Shown: positions 53,183 to 64,000 of the stretch, in pieces
How positions within the stretch are numbered: position 1 is the stretch's first letter
How the letters are laid out: the number at the start of each line of letters is the position of its first letter
DNA from: Eledone cirrhosa
Lineage: Eukaryota
Reading direction: 5' to 3'
DNA: 64,000 bases
NCBI GenBank assembly: GCA_964016885.1
Contig: OZ024743.1
Span: 238,018,001 to 238,082,000, forward strand
Notes under the pieces: generated by a model
Databases searched by the model: none
What the model saw: the letters and a program-made list of their open reading frames with translations, nothing else
What the model was told of the DNA's origin: nothing
Translations under genes and position numbers: made by a program

Positions 53183-53183
<1 letters not shown>
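49152..53183 (+). mobile_element. Penelope-like element with inverted pseudo-LTRs, intronic
   Basis: 49152-49634 is the reverse complement of 52703-53183; RT 49628-50575 (LYRDD); linker; GIY-YIG remnant at about 51440-51860; premature stops. Confidence 0.92.
53080..53134 (+). ncRNA. Type I hammerhead ribozyme in 3' pseudo-LTR
   Basis: actgc CTGAAGA ggtcacagcc aaagat ggctgtcact GAAA tatata TA gcagt; the inverted copy at 49203-49258 has a mutated core (CCAAAGA). Confidence 0.85.
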
Positions 53184-53213
<30 letters not shown>

Positions 53214-53266
53214 GATAATAATGGAGCTGCGGCGCTGCAAATGGGTTACATATGAAAAAGTTTATC

Positions 53267-53336
53267 CTCATTAGTGGCCTTCCAACCGTCGTAGGCATTT
53301 CGTCGCATTAAAGGCCATATACCTCAGGTTGGTGCG
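53267..53336 (-). ncRNA. Permuted hammerhead copy B, core mutated (CTAATGA)
   Basis: Reverse complement of copies C and D with G5A. Confidence 0.5.
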
Positions 53337-53520
53337 AGCAACGGCTAAAAAAACTCGTTGGGACACATAAATAAAGGGGACGCTAGGGTAAACAAACAAA
53401 ATGGTTTAAGCAACAGAAAGTGATGCTTCTTCATCACTTTCTGTTGCTTAAACCATTTTGTTTGTTTACCCTAGCGTCCCCTTTATTTACGTGTCCCAAC
53501 GACTTTTTTTAGCCGTTGCT

Positions 53521-53590
53521 CGCACCAACCTGAGGTATATGGCCTTTAATGCGACGAAATGCCTGCGACGGTTGGAAGGCCACTGATGAG
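53521..53590 (+). ncRNA. Candidate non-circularly permuted hammerhead, copy C
   Basis: cgca ccaacc tga ggta TA tggcctt taa tgcg ac GAAA tgcc tgcgac ggttgg aaggcca CTGATGA g. Confidence 0.62.
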
Positions 53591-54151
53591 GATAAACTTT
53601 TTTCATATGTAACCCATTTGCAGCGCCGCAGCTCCATTATTATCATATTTACACATATATTTTTTCCTCCGCTGCCACCAGTCTGTTTCGTTCTTTGTGT
53701 CTTTACCCTTTCTAGCAGTCTCTCTCTCTCTCTCTCTGTTAGCCTCTTCCTCACCTTTCACTCACTCACTCTCTGTCACTACCTCTCCTCCTCCCCTTTC
53801 TTCCCGTTTGAGCTGTCCGTAATCCTTTTCTCGCGGGCACTTGGCCAAGCCGGTATGAATTTTTTTCTCTCTCTCTCGTCTGCGACTTCACAGAACTTAT
53901 GTTTACCGAATTCGCAGACCAGACCCCTTCTTCCTCCCGTTAGACCTGTGCGAAATTCCTTCCTTGCTCACATTTCAACCAGGTTTGATGGTCTTTATTC
54001 TCTCGTTCACGATTCCACCGAATTTATATTCATAGAAATCTGGGACTTGTTTCTTTCTTCTTCATCACTTTCTGTTGCTTAAACCATTTTGTTTGTTTAC
54101 CCTAGCGTCCCCTTTATTTACGTGTCCCAACGACTTTTTTTAGCCGTTGCT

Positions 54152-54221
54152 CGCACCAACCTGAGGTATATGGCCTTTAATGCGACGAAATGCCTACGAC
54201 GGTTGGAAGGCCACTGATGAG
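54152..54221 (+). ncRNA. Candidate non-circularly permuted hammerhead, copy D
   Basis: As copy C, 631 nt downstream. Confidence 0.62.
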
Positions 54222-54230
54222 GACAACCTT

Positions 54231-54295
<65 letters not shown>

Positions 54296-54299
<4 letters not shown>

Positions 54300-54817
54300 T
54301 ATGCATGTATGTAAACGTACATACATATATGTATACAGACGTACAGTAGTATGTATATATATACATATATGCACACATATATATATGCACGTATCGGCTT
54401 ACCGAACATTTATTATAAGGCTCGGTTTGTTTGTTTGTAAACAAACAAACACGACTGAATTCAATCGATATGCAAATTAGGCTGCTCAGCCGTTTATATG
54501 CATGAGGAAAGTATATACTTTCAGACGTTCAACCATCTGGCAGGAAGGTATACGATGCTGACGATAGCTAATAAGCTTGAAACTAGTACATCGTTCCTGT
54601 GTCAGTGTTGAACAAAAAGGTGACGTGGTTGCCTAAACACTGTACAGCGTGATTCGGGCTGTTTGTTTGTTTACAAACAAACAAACCGAGCATTATAGTA
54701 AATGTTCGGTAAACCGATACGTGCATATATATGTGTGCATGTATGTATATATATATATACATACTACTGTACGTCTGTATACATATATGTATGTACGTAT
54801 ACATACATGCATACTTA
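54296..54817. mobile_element. Non-coding fold-back element with ~155-bp inverted arms around a hammerhead
   Basis: 54296-54452 is the reverse complement of about 54660-54817. Confidence 0.7.
54552..54594 (+). ncRNA. Minimal type I hammerhead ribozyme (43 nt)
   Basis: acgatg CTGACGA t agct aata agct t GAAA ctag TA catcgt. Confidence 0.85.
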
Positions 54818-54877
54818 CATTTAAGTAAGTGCCGTACTAAGAGTGAGAAATGAAATTTCGTTTCATTCTATTCCATT

Positions 54878-54911
<34 letters not shown>

Positions 54912-54950
54912 CTGTATACATATATATATATACATATATATATATATATG

Positions 54951-55001
<51 letters not shown>

Positions 55002-55035
55002 TGTATACATATATATATATATACATATATATATA

Positions 55036-55114
<79 letters not shown>

Positions 55115-55119
<5 letters not shown>

Positions 55120-57752
55120 CCAAAAATAGATCAAACTTAACTATGGATGACATTAATATTATCACACATGCTAGACAAACACTACTGGAATTTCAGAAAG
55201 AATACTGGACCAGAAACACATATAGTAATCTATTCGACATTACTATGGGCCCTAGTGATTCTGCCCAAATTACCGATCTTGTGGGCCTCTTTCTTCTATT
55301 TAACATAAATGCTTCTTTTCCCCACCTTAAAGGTGGTTTATATCGTGACGACTGTCTTCTTCTTTCCAATAACCTTAGCCTATCAGAAATTGAAAAAATA
55401 AAAAACTTATTAGAACTTTCCTCAAAGACTATTATAGTCTAGATATTACATTTGAAAACACAAGTAAAGTAGTTAATTTCCTTGATATAACATTAGACTT
55501 ATCTACGGGTATCTACCAACCTTACCATAAACCTAACCAAAACTTACATTACATACACTCACAATCTAATCACACTAATTCTATCCTTAACAACTTAGCA
55601 TATAATATCTCACTCAGAATTTCTAACCTTTCGTCTAACCAGGATGTATTTGATAAAAATGCGACCTTTTATAACGAAGCTTTAGCTAGAACTGGCCACA
55701 AAAACAAATTAGTATATATAACTTGTACCAATAACACTACAAACATACAACCCAATATTACCAACAAACACCAAATGAAATATACACACCTAAATGCCAC
55801 TCACACTATACACAAAAATACCAACATTAAACTTAATTTCTCTAACTCTTCTAACATACAATATAGTAACTTTCAAAAAACCATTCATCCTAATACTCCA
55901 ATATATGTTAATAACAAAATTCCTAATAAACAGGCTAAAACACCTAAATCAATGAATCTAACTAAAAATATGTGTAATAAAATCACTAACACTAATTCTC
56001 TTAATAAACATCAGGATACATCCTATAAAAATAATAAACAACATCGAAACCGTAATAGACGAGTTACTTGGTATAATGCTCCATTTAATCTACAAATTAA
56101 AGATAATATACCTACACATTTTTTTAGTATCCTAGAGAAAAACTTCCCGCCAAACCATAAATACCATCAAATTTTAAATAGATCAACGGTTAAATTCTCC
56201 TACTCAACAACCAAAAATATACAACAGAATATAAGTGCCTATAATGCATATAAATGTAAAAAAAAACATGAATATACCACCAATACATCAAACTAACCAT
56301 AATACTAAAATAAACCACAGCAAACCACCATCTCATTCACATACAAGTCGTAAAAATTCCACAACTAATTTGACTATTTCCTCTGATACAGCATTCACGA
56401 AAGGTTGTAACTGTAGAAACAAAGCAAATTGCCCATTAAAAGGAAATTGCCTTATTAATAACATAGTATATAAATGTAAAATTAACACTAAGGACTCAAC
56501 TTATTCATATATAGGAGCTACTTCTAACCATTTTAAAGTAAGATTTAATACCCACAAACAGTTTTAAAAATGCCGCATTAGCTAATACAACATCCTTAGC
56601 TGAAATAATTAATAATTATAGAAAAAGGAATATAGATTATAACCTGACCTGGAGTGTGCTCAAAAGGGGCACCCCTTATCAAAATAATAGATATGAATGT
56701 AGATTATGTTCCCAGGAACTTTTTGAAATAATGAAATCTAAGGATATCCTATTAAATAAGCGACAGGAATTAATTATATCATGTAATCATAAATTGAGAA
56801 GAACTTTTAAATATCATAAACCTAATTAATATACACTTTACAAATTATTATAATAACATTTTTTAAAAATTAGTTAACCTATAATTAATATTCTACTACT
56901 AATGAACTGCATAATTTTATTTCCCTTTTAAAGCTATCTTTTCCTAAAATTTATACCAATAAGTATAAACTATTTTAATTTCAGGTTATGAATCTATATT
57001 CCTTATAATCTATATAAATTGGTTATTTCTCACTAATAAATTTACCCCCCCCCCCCAATAATAATAATAATTATTTTTTATTTATCTTCGTTTTTAACAG
57101 CACTCTTCAATTACATCTAACTCTTATTTATCATATGTATATGAATTAATATAAATTTATCAATATAAATATACCTATCAATTTAATTAATTTATTTTCT
57201 TTTTATAGATGTAAATTCCTTATATTTTGAATAAGATTGATATTTTTCACTAACACATTTATCGTAAAATTTTATTCTCCTTAGATATTTACATTAGCAT
57301 TATTCTTTTTTAACATCAATTTTTCGTGTACCTTTTACCGACTTGACCTATTTTCATCCCCAAAATAATCTTTTCATTCATTATACTCTTTCCATTCAAA
57401 AAACTGAAATCTGCTTTCCTCTACCCCTAAATTAAAGTTCTATTACTACAATTCTACCATCTTGACCACTTACTACCTTTCTATTGGTCAATTCAAAACC
57501 TGTTCCCAAACAGACCTATTATATTAAATCTTTGTTGATTTTTTTCAATAAACAAATATCATTAATTCTGAAGACAGCATATATATGTGTAGGTACGTAT
57601 ATTCCCTCTGATAGTTTGTAAAATTTTTACATAGGTCTATATGATATACATACCAACACACACATATATATCCTAGAAACGATCGTAAAATGATGAATTT
57701 TTTAATATATGGAACTGTTTCTTTGTTTTTATTCATTATTTTTATTAATTTA
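55115..57752 (+). mobile_element. Penelope-like element, sister of 15741-21947, frameshifted, intronic
   Basis: Near-identical peptides ([18 protein letters not shown]...LYRDD; CNCRNKANCPLKGNCL; YIG); (TA)n at both ends. Confidence 0.92.
57559..57696 (+). ncRNA. Type I hammerhead ribozyme in pseudo-LTR
   Basis: tcattaatt CTGAAGA cagcatatatatgtg...cacatatatatccta GAAA cgatcg TA aaatgatga. Confidence 0.75.
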
Positions 57753-57829
57753 TATATATATATATTAAAATAACAGATTAAAGTTTAAGCAAAGAATCGC
57801 TGTTTTCACCCTTAACGGGATCTTACAGC

Positions 57830-58625
57830 AAAGCATATACAAACTGAAAGAGAAACTAGGCATAAGAGGAATTACATGCATTGTGCAGGAGAGGAGATTA
57901 TGTTAGTATGGACATGTGATATGTATGAAGAATGACAGCCGTATAAAAATGTACCAGGCACTCAAAGCTATGATGAAAGCTATGGAGTAGGAAGACCCAG
58001 GATGATTTGGGATGAGGTGATAAAAGCTGACCTTGCACAATTGCGCTTCTCAAAGTCGAAGACATAGGACCGAGATATCTGGCATTATGCAGTAATACAT
58101 AAGAACCACCATCCTATGAGCACAGCCTAAGCATACAACTAGTATGCACCATCTTCACCTCCACCCCACCACCCTTCCATACACCACCCACGTCATAACA
58201 CCCCACCCATATTCTAACACTCCACCTCCTCACACATGCCCCTATCCCCACACATCTTCCCTACCACAGTCCCCAACACACACTATAAAGTGGTTGTGAT
58301 GGTGACACAACAAAAAGTGCCCAGCCCACACTTTAAAGTGATCATGTAGGTATCATGACAAAAAGCATCCAGCCCACATTGTAAAGTGGTCGTGTAGATG
58401 TCACAACCCCCCAAAAAACATCCAGTACACACTGTAAATATGGTTGGCATTAGGAAGGGCATCCAGCTGTAAAAACCAAGCCCAAATCAGTTCTATACAA
58501 GCAAGACACGGTCATCTGACCTGGCCTATCTCACAATGTGACAAGTCATCTAACACATGCTAACATGGAAAAAATGGAGGTTAAATGATGAAGATGAAGA
58601 TGGTGGTGATGATGATAATATATAT
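57830..58625 (+). mobile_element. RTE LINE 3' end with 3' UTR and (GAT)n tail
   Basis: LKEKLGIRGI..VQERRL..YGHV and GRPR..W motifs; tail shared with the 37525 family. Confidence 0.7.
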
Positions 58626-58962
58626 GTATCATCATCATCATCATCATCATCACCACCATTTAATTTTATTCCATTCAGCTACAGAAGCAGTGACCCTCAT
58701 TTTTACCACAACATCTAGGATGTGGGAAGGAGCAAAAGAGTCACTGACTGTGGCATCCCAAATGAGATATCTACCTCTATATCATTAAACCCTTCTAAAT
58801 TCCTGATTAATTCCAAAATCATTTTCAAATCCTAAGCAGTATCTTTCATTAGAAATATAACAATGGTGTTCAATTCACCATTAATCAAAAATTTATTTTT
58901 AATGAGGTTTCCATTCTCTATTGAATATATGTAATTAAGATTACATTCTGTTTTCCCTATAG

Positions 58963-59117
58963 ATTTGGTCGCAAACCCATATTTCTCCTGGCAAGTTCAT
59001 GTGTAGCTATTTTTGGAACTGGTAAAATCTTCATACCCTCATTAACTATTTTTATGATTCTTTATTGTATTCATGCTGCTGCAATTATTGGTCATACATT
59101 GAGCCAGTACTCACTAG
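58963..59117 (+). CDS. SLC22-family transporter exon (155 bp)
   Basis: ctatag acceptor; completes D-R-FGRKP MFS motif A; AG|GTAAGT donor; phases consistent. Confidence 0.93.
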
Positions 59118-59229
59118 GTAAGTTATTCTCCAAACTGTTTTTTTCTCAAAGAAATTTTTTTTAGTTTTTGTCACTGCCCACCTCCACTTAATTTCACATT
59201 CTATTTTCCTACTATCTCAAGCATAAAAC

Positions 59230-60941
<1,712 letters not shown>

Positions 60942-61856
60942 ATATACATATATAATTGGTAAAAAGAGGATTAACACAGATAAGTGGTACAGTAGGATTT
61001 ATTTCTAGCATTTACATATGTTTCATCACCTTGTTGTCATCTTGAAATCGCTATCCTCAATTATCAATCGTGAAAAATCGAATTCAAATACAGAGGAATA
61101 TATTACAATGTTACTGGCTAATTTTCAAAACATAGTTGCGGATTTCCATCAAATCGACCTTATAAGTATATACACACCCAAGGGAGGATGAGGAGATAAA
61201 GGTAATAGAATATTGTGTGTAATTATTCTAAAACAATAGGGACTTATTCAACAACAAGTATATTAAAGCTTTAGCATTCATATTACTCTATATTTATTAT
61301 TATATTTTCACAAAAAAGGCTTTACCTCACATAATTATCTCACATAATACTGAATCCATGAGATTTTGATATTAGTTATTTTGAGAATAATAATTTGACA
61401 TCAGTATGATCGGCCAGTTATAGCTGGTTTGAACATAAAGAGGTGAGAGAATTCTGGCTGGATATAGCCAGTTTAAATGCTAATGGGTTAGGGATATTTC
61501 TTCTGCTAAAGTAGGGGTTAGCCTTGCAGGCCCCATGACAAGCTACTCCATTTTTTCCTTATTGACTGCACTCCCTCTGACTAATCCCCTGGTCTTCTTT
61601 TCCTCCTCTATTGTCTTCAGCCATATCTTTCCTGGTCTTCCCCTTCCTCAGTTTCCTATCACATCCATTTCTATCACTTCTCCCATCCAGTCACTTTCAC
61701 CCTTCCTCAATACATGCACCATCCATCTCATTCCATTTCTCTCCATAAAATTCATCACTGGTTCTATCCCATCATACTCTACAATCCATTGTTTGTCTTC
61801 CTCTTCTCTTCAAAAATATAAATTATATGATAATCTTTTTTTATTTTATTTTACAG

Positions 61857-62025
61857 TTTTAGAATTTTCTTCTTCCAGTATCCGTACACCTGTGAGCTTT
61901 GTTTATATGACTATATATCCAATTGCATCGATGGTTTTAGTAGCTATTGCTTATGCCATGCCTGACTGGCATTATCTTGAGCTCACTGTATGCATTTTAC
62001 CAATAATCAATTTATTTTCCTGGAA
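61857..62025 (+). CDS. SLC22-family transporter exon (169 bp)
   Basis: ttacag acceptor; VLEF....R...AY..PDWHYLEL; AA|GTGAGT donor; gene continues beyond the window. Confidence 0.93.
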
Positions 62026-62859
62026 GTGAGTTAAGTATATTTTATGTAACTATTTTATTTCATATTTCTTTTTTTAATTCTTTCACTGGTTTCAGTCATA
62101 AGATTTTGGCCCAACTGGAGCACCATTTTGAAGTTTTTAATCAGTTATATTGATTTCAGTAATTACATTTTCATGCTTGATGTTTATTCTATATATACAT
62201 TTATATGCATATATATATTTAGAAGCAGTAGCGCTAAGATAGCGTCGTGCATAATAGGGGTGTATATAATAACATATATAATATGTTTGTGTACAATAAA
62301 TACCTGAAAACCTCATTATCAAAGAAAAAATAAATTTTCATAATGAAAAAAGTATTTTTCACTTTTGTTCTGTGAACAATATGTCAAAAATACCTGAGTA
62401 CCCAGTGAGAATGCCAGACAGCTGTTTCAAAATTCATTAATCTTTTATTAGTGACATTCATTCAACTAGTTCTGAGATGAAAATAAACTAGAGCCTTTAT
62501 AGATTTTGCGTATTCAACATTTGCTGGTGATGCTCATTTGCATATAGCAAATAGAAAATATCAGCTGTACATAAATATATTGTATATTATGTTCAGTGTT
62601 ATCTTAGTGCTACAGTCAATTAAATATAACCAGCCAAGTTAGCACTATAAGCAAATGAGCATTTCCAGTTGAAGTTTTCTATTTGTAACATGCTGTGATG
62701 ATGAAGACCCGTCCATAAGCATACAGTACAATACGACCTGATCCATCCATGCGTTACCCCATTCTACTATCACTCCCAGTAGCTATCCCCACCACTTCTG
62801 CAGCCATCCTCCATACAGTACCACTCCTTAGCTATTACCCCTTGAAAGCTCTTAGATAC

Positions 62860-63495
62860 TCTCACTAATGCACCCAGAACACCCTGTAGGATGGTTGGCA
62901 AACAGGAAGGGCACTCCACTGTAGAAACCATACCTAAAAGAATTGAGAGGAGGACCCCCCAGTTGTATCAATGACATAACTATCCCTCTAGTGTTGGTGA
63001 TCTACATGATAAATACACCCAGTACATACTGTTAACTGGATGGTAATAAGAAGGGCGCCTAGCCACAGAAAGCTTGCCAAATAAAGGGTTATAAGGACCT
63101 TTCAATTGTGTCATGGTCATGACAACATCCCAAGCATTGGTGATCTACACAATAAATGCACTTAGAGCATGCTGTAAAGTGGTTGGTGAAAGGAAGAGCA
63201 ATACAAGTACCTAGTAAACATTGTAATGTAGTTGGTGACAGGAATAACATCCAGCTGTAGATAGCTTTCCAAACTTAAGGTTGGGAGGACCCTCGAGTTG
63301 TCACAAAGGTATGACAAACTCTGTAGTGTTGGTGCCATAGTAAAATGCACTTGGTAGAATGTGGAACAGTATGTAAACAAAATGCAAATCCCCAGCCTGT
63401 CTCGGAGATCAGTAACCCTGCTTCAGTACAAACTCGGTCGTTGAAGACCCATCCAGCTCTTGTTAGCAGGGAAAGGGGATATTAAATGATGATGA
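62860..63495 (+). repeat. Degenerate tandem (~125-150 bp) copies of the RTE-tail repeat ending in (GAT)n
   Basis: Recurring ggttgg..aggaagggc...ctgtagaaa and gtgttggtg units. Confidence 0.55.
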
Positions 63496-63684
63496 TTTAT
63501 GGATCTAGCTTAGAGCTATTTTTAGCATTCTTGTTAGCCTGCCTGTAGCCTACTGCTTAAGCAGCGTCTGCATGTGTGCTCACAGTTGGTGTTGAATGCA
63601 TGGCCAATGACGGAACTTTGTGTGTTTAGTAAGACACGGTCTACTGATGATGGGTCTAGTGTCTTTATGTGACCTGTTACCTAA

Positions 63685-63782
63685 TAATTGTTTCTACTTT
63701 TGGCACAAGGCCAGCAATTATCCAGTGTATTACTGGTACTTTATTTTATCGACCCCGTAAGGATGAAAGGCAAAGTTAAATA
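63685..63782 (-). mobile_element. tRNA-SINE 3' half
   Basis: ctggtactttattttatcgaccccgtaaggatgaaaggcaaagttaa. Confidence 0.75.
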
Positions 63783-64000
63783 CTGGTATTTGGCACAATT
63801 TCTTCTCGGCCCAAAACAGCTGTATAGACTTTAAGAATCGGTTTTTACCATCTTCATGTAAGTTCATCACTTACTTTTCATATATATATGGTTTTGCATA
63901 TATTTTGTCTTGGTAATATTAACTCATGCATTATTATATATAAAGTCAACCTGACAAAGACTAAGGTCCTAGAAAGTAGAAGAGAAAACAGAACCCAGAT

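Larger units (their letters stand above)
53212..54236 (+). mobile_element. Retrozyme-like non-coding element: 631-nt tandem unit plus inverted ~212-bp arm
   Basis: 53425-53607 repeats at 54056-54236; 53212-53424 and 53431-53645 form a near-perfect palindrome; (TA)n at both ends; no credible ORF. Confidence 0.8.

Noticed and set aside
53549-54082. 177-aa ORF in the 631-nt unit
   Set aside because: Low-complexity CT-rich translation with no evident conservation in the 4075-4705 relative
61005-61050. Hammerhead-like remnant on minus (GAAA catatg TA), and a similar one at 57790-57830
   Set aside because: Core does not match CUGANGA or UUGANAA; at best decayed
62860-63400. Regularly recurring repeats resembling a CRISPR array
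   Set aside because: Degenerate whole-unit tandem copies of an RTE tail; no unique spacers, no cas genes, eukaryotic DNA
63646-63685. CTGATGA followed by a hairpin
   Set aside because: No GAAA or stem I partner; interrupted by a SINE

Overview
AT-rich, microsatellite-laden metazoan DNA, probably cephalopod/octopus-like (inferred from the tRNA-SINE, RTE repeats and (TA)n load). One host gene is supported: five coding exons of an SLC22/organic-cation-transporter-type MFS gene on + (42697-62025, continuing past the window). The rest is transposon-derived: several Penelope-like elements (RT + GIY-YIG, some with inverted pseudo-LTRs), two Ty3/Gypsy elements, RTE and CRE-like LINE remnants, Helitron-like elements and SINEs. 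Most short ORFs in the track are microsatellite artefacts. By eye I find about 15 type I hammerhead ribozyme motifs, including a compensated U3-A8 core subfamily, and three non-coding retrozyme-like repeat families. The standout is a motif present four times (4140-4209, 53267-53336, 53521-53590, 54152-54221). It has all the hammerhead core parts in a non-circularly permuted, pseudoknotted order, shows covariation between copies, and lies in a 631-nt tandem non-coding unit. All structures were folded by eye and none is computationally or experimentally validated.
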